Assembly: GCA_002633005.1 (NCBI GenBank)
Contig: NMRA01000086.1
Location: forward strand, 653,390-717,389
Source: Phoronis australis
Lineage: Eukaryota > Animalia > Phoronida
Direction of reading: 5' to 3'
DNA length: 64,000 nt
Position numbers and translations under genes: made by a program. This document shows positions 53,309 to 64,000 of this stretch, piece after piece (positions within the stretch are counted from its first letter, which is position 1; the number at the start of each line of letters is the position of its first letter). Under the pieces are notes generated by a model that did not search any database, was not told the DNA's origin, and worked only from the letters and a program-made list of their open reading frames with translations.

Positions 53309-54525
53309 GGATGCCTCAAACTTTATTTAGTGATCTTCATTCTAACTCGTATAACAGAAGTACCAGGCTATGTCAAGTAGTAAAAGTATATATTTTCTGA
53401 AAGAAAAAGTTCAAGTTCAGAGATAGTAAAAAATATGTTTTACATGTATGTGCCATTGTTGTTATTACGTTTCCACCTTTTTAAGTCAAAATTTCATTTT
53501 TAAGGAAGGTAAATTCATAACAAAATAACAATTAAATTTTCAAACCAATGAATTTTTGTGAGGATTTATCTCTTTTCACAACTTGCTGTGTTCGTGAACA
53601 CAGTCACAGAGGCTTGCGGCGACTCCGAGCATTCATTCTCAACGGTAGTATGCATGCAAATGCACAACTCCCTCAGGATCAAAACTCCGTTTTGTCTTCA
53701 TTTTCCGCGGCATTTTTCTTTCATGTGTGCACCTCGTTGACTCAATATTATGGCCATTTGGTGAATGAAAGGACAGAGAGTTCACGCGGAGCTGTTCTGT
53801 GCTTGGCAGAAGATTCAGCCCTGCAAGGTATTTTGCTAGACATGTAAAATATTGAAAAAAGGACAATTTTTGCGAATGCAGTTTGAGATATCTTTAAGAT
53901 GAGTCAACAGTTTTTTGTAGTTCACTACACATACCAAAGCATACGCCGGGGAAACTGATAGAAACTAATTACGAAATGGAGAATAGAAATTGAGTATATG
54001 TTGTTAAAGCGCCGCAAGCGTGAGGTCGAATCATCAAAACATCAGTTTATGGGTGAATTAAGGAATGAATTTGGGCGAGCATTTTTCACAACTTGCTGTG
54101 TTCGTGACGCCAGTCTCCTTGCAGCGACTCGGTGCATTCATTATAACGTTATCAACTGTTGTATGTAGGCAGCTGTGGAAGTTATTCAGGATCAAAAGTA
54201 CTTTTGTTTTCATTTCCGCGACTTCTCTCCATTCCATGTACACCTCATTAACTCAATCTTATAGCGATTCGGTGACTGAAAGGACCATGAATTGTGGGAA
54301 GTTCACGTGCCAACCGAGGAATTCGAGTGACAGCTCTGTAACCTTTAACCTTGGATAAGTAGTAAACAAATTTCCCCGAGTTTGAAGGTGGTTCTGCTAA
54401 ATCTTTTGTTCTGGCTACATGTCCTGTATTCCGTATTTGAAATTCTCGGAGATAAAGTATTCTGGTAGATATTTGTGAAGTATTGTAAAAACAGACAATT
54501 TTTGTGAATAAGGTTTGGGATATCT
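53309..54525 (+). mobile_element. Two deleted copies of the 39589-40970 element
   Basis: Shared blocks agtaaaagtatatattttctgaaagaaaaa, tttcacaacttgctgtgttc and caggatcaaaa; right TIR followed by TTAA at 53894-53897. Confidence 0.82.
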
Positions 54526-56994
54526 GTAAGTGCGAGTATCAGGATTGAGTCATGGTTATTAAGGGAAGGAAACAAAAGAAATGTGATAAGTGTTTTGCAG
54601 CCATTTAGCTTTGATCAGTTGCTTTGTGTTTATTTACTATAATGTTAAGCCAGCATCATGTATTTATGTGTATGATCTCTGCAGGTCCATTCACATGCAC
54701 ACGATTACTGCGTAATTACCCGCTTAAAATACTTGGAAACTCGTTATTCTCCAGTAGGGGTATGCTTACTTGCATGTGAATCCTCAAAATAGTACTATTC
54801 TCCTGTGCGACAAATTTAGTGGGTATATAACAGCAAACGAGGTATTTGATATGCCGTGGTGAACATCAAATGAAGTGAATGTGCTTACGGGAATTCCTCA
54901 CGTTGCGCAAGTGCATTGAAAGCCACATTTCACGCAGTTGAAAAAACTTTGGACTGAAAAATTTACACGCTTCTTAATCTTTTTGTGGAGCAAGTCCCAG
55001 GTCTCTGGAGGGCTGTCCAGGACCAGGAGGGATAGTGTGATGTATGCCCAATGGGCGAACAGACTGGAGGCAATTTATTGTAGGTTGTCAGTCTTTTTAG
55101 AACTCTTGAACCACTGCTGGTGAACTGTTGCATTTGCCCCCTTTAGTAAATCCTCAACAAATTTAGTGGCATCCTTTACCAATTTAACTCAGTTGGTGTT
55201 AGGTTTGATGCCACTAGCATCAAAGTATAGTCAACGTTAAATGAAACCAAAGAAGAATGGCGATTTCTTAGTCTTGACTCCGGGGCCTGGGGGGAGGGGT
55301 ACAACACTATATCCAGAAACACGAAGAGCAGTAGTTACCAAAGTCGACGATAGGAGTGACTCAGAAAAGCGGGTTTCATTAACGGGAACTTAACACAAGA
55401 GAACACTCGTGTTATCGGAATTAAAAGCAGGTTTTGGTAAACAATTAATACGCTATTTTCTTAGATAAGCATTTGAATGGGGCTTCTGTTTGGAAGTTGC
55501 AAATCTATTGTCCTGATAATTAAAATGGAACTGGTTGCCTTCAGGCCATTTCACTGTCCAACACCATTTGGTGTCCTATGATATTTTTCGTGGGGTGCTT
55601 GGAAACTGGGAAGGCCCGGAGGCCTGTCAGAGTCTTCACTTGCCCAAGGAGAAAGGTGTCTATGCCATTTGAAAAGGTAATTTTCTTAGGATAAGAAGGA
55701 AAATTCTCAGTTATTGCTTTCACTTGATGTTGGCATTTTCTGACACATCTCTTCATGTTGATTCCAAAAACGCCCAAAACATGCTGGTTTTTCAGCCCGA
55801 TTTTTCTTTTCTTGTCTCTGCATGAATGATGATTACCGTCTTCGAGTGGTCTTCATTTTTGTTGTGCTGTTTGGAGAAGTACCCCTGTTGGTTATAATTG
55901 CACTCAATCCTATGCTACGTAAGCCCACACCCTAACCCTAACCCTAATGATGGGTAGCTGCCTTTAACGATAAAATTGAGGGGTGTAGTCCTGACTCTAA
56001 GATCGTGGGGCAGAGGACATAACCCTAAGATTGAAGGCCGAACTATTTTTCTTGTGGTGTGCAATGTGCAAGTCATGCTGTAAGATAGTGCAGCTACAAA
56101 TAATGTTTTTAAAACTTTGAGAAGAGCATACGAGGAAGTTTGATACATGTTTGGATTTAGCATGAAAAGGAGATTCAGAAAATACTGATATCGAATAGTT
56201 AAGATTTTGGACGCTGGTTGCACTGAGGCAACTTGACACATCTAGGGCAAGCCCCAGCACAACTGTATTGCGAAAGCAATGCTGCAGACAAGCTGTGTTC
56301 TTATTCCATTACATGCTCAGGGGTGCCTAATTCAGTTTGTGTCACATTTGTCCCTAAGTATAGGGTGTGTAGTGTGGACACTCTCTATACAGAGCAAGTT
56401 GCTTCAGGGCAAGTTGTTCTAGGCTAGGTTAACTCATGTGTGCATGTGTAGGCATGACTATACTTGTCTTACATAACCTGTTCAAAATCTGGTTACCATG
56501 CCATCAGTGACATTCCTGCATGTAGGTCTTTATGTTCCAACAGCCTCAAAAGGGAAGGACTTAAATGTGTTAGGAGTTAAACAATGGTGTTTAAAAAACC
56601 TTTGATCATGAATTAATTAAAAAATGGGAAAATAAAAAATATTGTGTTTTGAGTCGATCGTGGAAGACGTCTCCATATCAGTCTATGAGTAGCTGCAATG
56701 AGTCGAGTGAAACTGTGAATGCTTGCGTTGTAGAATTCACGCTGCAACCATTTGTACGACAAAACTATTCAGTTATCCCAGATTCAACTCTCGTCTTGCA
56801 GATTTGGAAAAACGCATTTGCATTGCAGCTTGCTATGCAACAATAAAACTTAATTTGCACCATAATGACAAGAGGGGACTAATCTTAATGCAAAATAGTT
56901 ATGGACATAGCAGTGGGGTACAACAATGTATTTTAGAGAGGACAAATGACTGAAAACGAAAGGAGGGACAGCTGTGATGACCACATCCACAGCT

Positions 56995-57192
56995 AACTTT
57001 GTATCTTTGGAGTTCTTTGACGGATATTCATGATGTTTGGCAAATAGTTTGGAGAGCCGACACCTTCCCATTTTGGATGGGTTCAAAGTGCCATCTAATG
57101 GCCATTTTTATGGTACAAATAAATACCCCTGGAAGCAACACCGTTTGTGGTACAGTTGTGGGCGCATTTCAACGCTCGGCGTTGCTCTTGTA
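56995..57192 (+). mobile_element. HINE 3' end fragment
   Basis: gtgccatctaatggcca...tgtgggcgcatttcaacgctcggcgttgctcttgt. Confidence 0.85.
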
Positions 57193-58329
57193 TTTCTGGT
57201 TCGACGTTTCTGCTGGCTGGTCGACAAGTATGAAAGGTGGGCATTAAAAGATGTGAAATAGCATATCGCTTTAGTTGCTGCAATGTTTTAAGAATTACAC
57301 GTGTCCCTGCAATACCAATTGTATTACAGGTTAAAATGTAATTGTTAAGTCATACACCCCAGCAGAATGGCTTGAATTGTTGCTAGATCAAACAACAATT
57401 CCTCCTGACCTGGGACTCTAATTTTCAACTTTATTTTTGTCGATCTCATCAGTTAATAAGAAGACTGTGTTTGTGCCTCGGTGTGCCATGGAACCCGTTG
57501 GTGAGGGGATTAGATCACGTTACGTTGGAATCTAAAAACGCTGACCAAAATCACAGATTCGTCCACATCAAGTTCATTTTCATGAGATTTGATTTCTCTA
57601 CATTTCATCATAGGACAAAATTTGTAAAACTGGCTCATTGTCGCTGTGGTTTTCTATAAAAGCTGCAATGACTGCTTGACCAGATTGCAATCCATCCAAG
57701 ATATCACGTGGCTAATTTCACTTTGATTTTATTACTAAACATTTTGTTTTACAAATCAGGTGTTGATTTTATATACGTCATTTCCTGCACTCAATGCCCA
57801 AAAACCGAAAAAGCATTGTGGGAGCTCTTTAAACATACCGCTTAGGCGAGAAGATGTAGTTTGCTAATGTTACCTCATTCATGGATAAATTTGCATTGAT
57901 GACTTGTGCAGAACTAAGCCATGTGACAAGAACCCATTAAAGTCATTCAGTATTCTGACACTTTAAAAGGAATTCCTCTCACAGTTATACATAAAAGGGT
58001 AGAAAGCATGGGACACCGAGACACCCGTCTGGTTGAAGTTCAAAAAGTGAGCATGATTTTGAATTATGTAATTTTTAAATATTGTTCTAGTTGACAAGTG
58101 AATGACTACATGAAGGTGAGTAATTCTTGCTTCCAACAAAGAAACTTGAGCAATGTCTGCTTGGGGTTCCTGGGCCAATAGGTATTTAAGTGGGCTTCAG
58201 TTTTATGAAGATACTCCATTCTGGGCTTTCATTCTTGAAAAGAGCTCATCTGCCCCTAATTTGGACTTCCTATTGATAACTCAATGTTGGCTTTTCACCA
58301 ATTGCTTACCTTTTATGTCAGAGATAAAA

Positions 58330-58560
58330 ATTATGTAACTACTTAGAGGTTGATCTGTGGGAGATATGATAATTTTATAACACTCAGTCAGGTCTGGTCA
58401 GAGAGTGAGGCGACTGGCTAACTTTACATAATCAGGTCAATGACCAAGGGTTGATAGCGCAGTCTGCACTGACTGTGGCCCCAGCTAAATGGTAGCTCTT
58501 TGTAAGGATACAAGGATGATTTTAAAGTTGGAGAGTGAAGCAGGATTGCCGCTGCTTTGG
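58330..58560 (-). mobile_element. Possible CR1/L2-type LINE 3' ORF remnant
   Basis: Minus-strand LSTLG...DLTECYKII resembles the C-terminal motif of CR1-group ORF2; stops present. Confidence 0.35.
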
Positions 58561-60132
58561 AAAGTTTCCAGGGAATAGAATGCAGAATTGAGTGGTTGAC
58601 GACTGTTAGAAATGTAAACAAGATATGTAAGTGTTTGTTATCATTAGCCTAATAGGTATTTACTCATGGGCAGTATTGATGTCTACATACAGCGGTTCAT
58701 CCAATCTCCACTCTCACTCTCCACTCTCGGCGCGTTCATGATAATTAATACGCATCAGCGTTTTTATGGCCCCAAGTCTAGTTGCTGTTGCAGTGTTGTA
58801 TGTTGTTGCGAAGACGTGCTTCTGCTCTCAAGTTTTTTGTTTTTTTTTGCTTTCTAAACCGATTTTCTTTTTATTCTAGACAGGCCAATGAGCTACTCGG
58901 AATTTTTTCTTGCTTGTTGAAACAGACAGCCATGTTTACTTGCTTTTAGTAATTTATTTGGGCATCCAGTTGCTGAATGGTTGTCCTCTGTAAAATGTCT
59001 TAATTTGAGTCATTTGTCAATTTGGATGTGCTGGACACCCTCTAGATGAAGTCCTGTTTAAATACAACAGCAGTGTTAGCCCACAGTTATCACTTAATTG
59101 GTACACAATTGTAAATGCATTGCCGGCCATTAATGTAGATCAGCTGTTGAAACGATATGTAATGACTAACGTTACCTATTTGTAGAAACAATTCTTTGAA
59201 AATTGGAGGTTTTTGTTTTTGTATAAAATACCCAAAGGATTGATGCACAGTTTAAATTTAAATAGACCCTCATGTTTCTAAAGATCTATGTCACACACAC
59301 TTTTAACCTATCTAGTTAGTACCTTCAAAAAAATAAGGTAATGGATTGTTTTAGCTGTTTGAATTGCCTTTGTATTTTCGTAGCTGTGTTGGCGTCCTCT
59401 GATGATCATCTTAACTCCTCCAAGACAAAACACCTGCGTCACTCTATAGCAGTCTCTCGCCACTCTGTTCTTTCATGTAATAAATAATATTGAATGTGTA
59501 GTGTGCATCCTCACATGCTTCTTTATTGAGCTTCAATACTCACTGGGCAGTGCAAGGTGAGACAAGCTTGCAGGGCACTTGTATCTTGTCTTATTCAGTA
59601 CACTGCAGGTCTCCCCGAACCATGGTTAGTAAAAGCACTTTTTTATTAATGAATGAGGATTAGAGAATGTTTTTTTTTACCTATTCTGAGGAGATGCTTG
59701 GGTTTTGTGGAAGTACACAACTTTGTGTACGCTACGCTTTCTCTAAAGGTTTTATTTCTGCTTTGCTTGTAGGGTATTGAGCATTAGTTAATATTCATTA
59801 TACCCGTTTTAATATTTACCTGTTTTATAATTCATGTTCTTTCAGCAAATGAAGAACAATTTTAAGTTCACTGTTGAGTTTTATGAGGGTGGACCATACA
59901 GTAATTCTTCACCTGATAAATTTGAATTTTGTCAAATTTATAAGAAATTCTAGGTCAGATGTCAGAAATTAACATTTGGTTTTCTATTTTCTATTTACTG
60001 TGAAGTAAATCGGCCTTTGGAAATAGAAAATTAGTTTTGTGAATTATTTTTGTGCTAAATTAATGAGGAATTTATGTTATTTCTGTCGTTGATGTGATTC
60101 CCTGCTGTGTGGTTTGTGTTCCTTTTGAACAG

Positions 60133-60214
60133 GATCTGATATATGTTCTGCATCAGTTATCTACCTCACTTATTCTCTGCACCTGGCCATTATCATGTTG
60201 CTAAAGACAAATAG
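60133..60214 (+). other. Candidate 5'-UTR exon
   Basis: gtgttccttttgaacag acceptor and TAG|GTAATT donor in unique sequence; no other support. Confidence 0.25.
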
Positions 60215-61407
60215 GTAATTTGCTGCAGCATTGCGTCATGTACTATGTATACACACTAGAGTTCAATGACATGGCTTGGGTGCATTTCATATATATTCAA
60301 GCTCTGTCTTGAAATGTGACTCCCATCCGATGTTTGTGACACTGAAAATTTTTCATGACGTCAACTGTGAATTGAGAAGCTCAGATTTTAGCCACCTAAT
60401 ACCTTTAATTTTTTAGCCCTGGTCGCTATGTCTGCTTGTACCAATTAATCAGCAGATTTGGTCATGGGCAGGTGGAGGGGATAAGACTGATGTTTCATGT
60501 GCTTTTAGTGTCAGCGGTGTTACAATAATGCGTTAGTAAAATAATTTTTGAAAATCAAAAAATGATAGTTTTTTATGGTAATGTTTCGCTTGTCACTGCC
60601 ATAACATCATTCAAACAATTCTCCCCCATTTTTCATACCTGAAAAAGTGATGCATTACGTTACATTAAACAGCGCCATCTTGTGTTATCTTGGCAGTGTT
60701 CAGTACCAAAGCCCGTCTAAAAAGTTTGGCGTATTTCACTTTTAATTTCAACTATCTTCTGATACTCTAGGTAAAGTTGATCTGAATGGGCCTTTCTCAC
60801 TGCTTTTTATTGGGGTGGTTAAATTTGCAAAATCTGTCTCTGTGAAAATATGCGGTTTTTTGTTAAGCGTTATTTTAAATGTTTTTGATCAAGTTATATT
60901 TACCAAAATCGTGGTAACTGCTGGACTTGTACCAGACCGCATTACACTGAAGTGGATATTGCTTTGTATCCAACAGTATTAATAACTACAAATAGAAATA
61001 ATGGAACATTTGCAGCCTGTTCAGTCTCACCTACTTAAGTAGCTTGATGATGAAAGATCTGGCTTTGTTGTCTGTGTCTCTCAAGTGTAAAGCAATGGCC
61101 TTGTGCATGTGGTCATTCAACAGGGCACTGGTTCCCACGTTTGACTGTTAGTCAGCATCTGTTGATGACCCTTTGAAGGTGTCCAGTGATTTGTAGCCCC
61201 CTGGTCTATCTCCAACACTATTGGTGCTCTTATGCAATACATTGCATAACATAGACTGTTTCATTGCTCAGCTTTGTGGCAGATTTATGAAGTTCACAAG
61301 GACAGGGCATACATTAAAAAACATTTGATCATCAGAGTGCTTTCATGCTGGGAACTTGAATGTCATCATGGGATGGGGTTAGTCTTTGTCTGAGAATTTG
61401 TACATAA

Positions 61408-61430
61408 ACACATGCGCGCGCACACGCACG

Positions 61431-61463
<33 letters not shown>
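61408..61463. repeat. (CA)n/(CG) microsatellite
   Basis: Directly visible. Confidence 0.98.
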
Positions 61464-61465
<2 letters not shown>

Positions 61466-61608
61466 GTCTTTGGTTGCATTTAGCCATTCTTTTATGGTTT
61501 GGGGAACTCCTGTTGGTTTATTTTCTTTTAACAAATTAACCTTAAAATTGCATTTCTTCAGCATTTAGCTGCTAGAAATGAAAAATTAACTTAAGCTCAT
61601 GAAGTAGG

Positions 61609-62299
61609 CAGGGCTTCATCTAGGATTTCGAACATAGGGTGTCCAAAATGGGGTTCCCAATATTCCAGGGCGTCCATGATTCCAACGCCGCATTACCCCC
61701 CCCCTCCCCACCCCNCAAAAGAAAAATGCACAGATGATGTGTGGTTTATATTTTGACAACAGGTGTCACTGCTGCTCCATTTTAGACGCACATAGAAAAG
61801 CATGAAACAGGCAAAAACTCAAACATTTTAAATGGGGATATTCTTGCGGTACATCATATTATTAAAGTAATGACATTTATTTTGCTTTTGGTATTTTTAA
61901 AAAAAGATGAAGTACATGAAATTACAGCTCTGAAACACCAGTTTGGAGTTAAGCAAGGTCCATGTCCCTATATAAAGTACAGAATGGCAGTAGCATGTGA
62001 GTCTATTGAAAGCAGACACTCTGGCAACCAACCACGTGCTAATGATTGACAGGTCTACCAAATAGTTTGAAAATTGCAACATTTTAAATACTTTGTATAT
62101 CTCTTTCCCAGTTGAAAGGGCCAACTTCCCACTTTGATTAACTGGGAGTCTTAGTAATCTTTCAATGTGGGTGTCCAAACTGGAGAAATTCTGAGTGACA
62201 GGGCGTCCAAATGATACATTGGGCGTCTTTGCCAGGGCATCTACATTAGTGCTAGGGCGTCCATTTGGACGCCCAGGACGTACGCTGCATGAAGGCCTG
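61609..62299 (+). mobile_element. hAT MITE, same family as 41560-42052
   Basis: cagggcttcat / atgaaggcctg TIRs; perfect 8-bp TSD GAAGTAGG; both ends shared with the other copy, middles differ. Confidence 0.95.
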
Positions 62300-63648
62300 G
62301 AAGTAGGTATCATGAAATTCCGTACTGTGATAGGATTCTATTTCCGTTACTAACAAGAACATCAAAATCATCAGAAACTTCAGAATATGTTTCAAAGCAA
62401 TTTGGGCTGAAAATTACGGAATCCTTGTTTTTTGTGATTTTATTAATTTGTTGTCGCTGTCTGCCAGACATTTGCTGAAATCAAGGCGCTGCTGTTAATT
62501 TCTGAAAAATTACTTTTCTCACCAAGAATGTCCTTTCAAATCTCACCACTAGTAGGCTTTGTTAGTGTCACGTGTTAAGAATTTGAAGCATTGGACGATG
62601 TCAAGGCTCGTCACTTAAAGTGCCGTCCACTTACCTTAGAACTAGTTACTCCTGGAACAAGTTGTTGTTAGGTTTGGGGGCTGTGTGGACGCTACTTAAA
62701 CTAATGCATCTTGTCCCACTTGTGACAACTAACTCCACCTTATTGAGGTGAGGTAACTTGTTCTAGAATAACTAGTGCCACTTTTAATTCCTATTTGGCC
62801 GCAAGCCTGGGACAACGCGAAAGTGATCATCAGCTGCGGGTACATACAGACCAGGTTTCTGGTCCAGACCGGGTTTCTGGTCCGTGTTGGCATTAGCTAT
62901 TGTCGTGGACTACGTCAGGTTGGGCATGGTAAATGTAAAATTGTTGGTGAAAGGGGTGCTCGCATGGCAACAAGTGCTTTGTGCAGTACAAAATAAATGC
63001 AATAAGACAAATTCAATTTCCCTTTATGTCGCCTAAATCTGTTGAGAGCAAAAACATATGGTAATGAATATTAGAGCAATGAAATTCCAATTATGCATTG
63101 ACTTAGCTACCTTATTAATTGTTCTGTTAGTTCCCTTTCATTCTTGGGTCATTAAGGAAGATTACTCTGACGATGAACTCCTCTGCTTCTGCCCAGTTGC
63201 CGTGACGATGAATTCCGAATCATTTTGTCTGAATACTTTGACTTGAACCGTAGGTATACGGACTTAGTGAAAGCTTGTACTTTTTGTTGAAATGGCCGTG
63301 GCTGAGCAAGAAAAGGTGACACCTTTCTACGAACTTAAGGAGTTCACTATATTTCAGGTACCACTCTGGGGCTTAATTAACCCTCTTTAGTTACCTGTTG
63401 TGTTGGCAAGGCATGTGGGAAAACTTGCTCATGAAATTGTCCAAGGCCTGCACCCCCTGTTTACACGTAACCTGTTTATTGTTTACAGATCTCCAGTTAT
63501 AGAGAGAAGGCCAGAGAGAGGGTGCTGACAGACCGATTCTGGAGCAAGATCAAGGTCTACCCATCAACTGGCCCGACCTTCCACTATCTTACTAGCCAGA
63601 TTCTATGAGGTGACACGTGGCAAAGAGACATGAGAGACGAACTGAAAC

Positions 63649-63694
63649 ATGAATGGATCACACAACAGTATTAGTTCACCTGATCAGAATGCAG
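63649..63694 (+). CDS. Probable first coding segment (exon 63489-63694) of an unidentified plus-strand gene
   Basis: tttattgtttacag acceptor ending 63488; strong CAG|GTGAGT donor; aaacATG start giving MNGSHNSISSPDQNA plus a phase-1 base. Too short to identify. Confidence 0.55.
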
Positions 63695-64000
63695 GTGAGT
63701 GACAGGACCATGGGGTCATCATAGATTTTGCGAGGTTGTGTAGGACCCTGGAAAAATGTCGAAATTTGTCTAACTCTGGAACATCTTGTCTCTGAAGCGG
63801 CTTGTCGGATTCATATGAAATTTTCAGATACTATACTTTGTTCACTGTTGTCTAGAATGTTGTTTGGAATTGATGTTTAAGGTGTTCTAATTTTGCATTA
63901 GGGGTTATAAATTTTTTTAATCTTTTATGATTTTCATCACAAAAATGTTTAAGTTTTTCAAAAAGAAATACTATTTTAGAAAACTTTAACGCCTATTTTG

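Noticed and set aside
55930-55947. Telomeric (CCCTAA)n
   Set aside because: Only about three units, embedded in repeat-like sequence.
61897-62313. 138-aa ORF, the longest in the track
   Set aside because: Lies within a hAT MITE and shows no transposase or other motif.

Overview
AT-rich, intron- and repeat-rich animal DNA that looks like a marine invertebrate, possibly a deuterostome (inferred from repeat style only). Positions 568-17536 carry coding exons 1-8 of a minus-strand histidine acid phosphatase of the ACP2/ACP3 (lysosomal/prostatic) family; the gene runs off the left edge. About 270-350 bp upstream of its ATG a divergent plus-strand gene appears to start, with a candidate non-coding first exon ending at 17884 and a probable first coding exon at 63489-63694, so most of the window would be its 5' introns. 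The introns hold many non-autonomous elements: Helentron-type HINEs, Kolobok, hAT and Harbinger MITEs, a modular foldback, a Penelope remnant with a hammerhead-like motif, and tRNA-SINE heads. The most striking pattern is a HINE family whose internal ~150-bp repeats each carry a CTCF-consensus motif; all copies I could orient flip direction at the divergent promoter, so the motifs converge on it. All calls were made by eye; no database searches were run.
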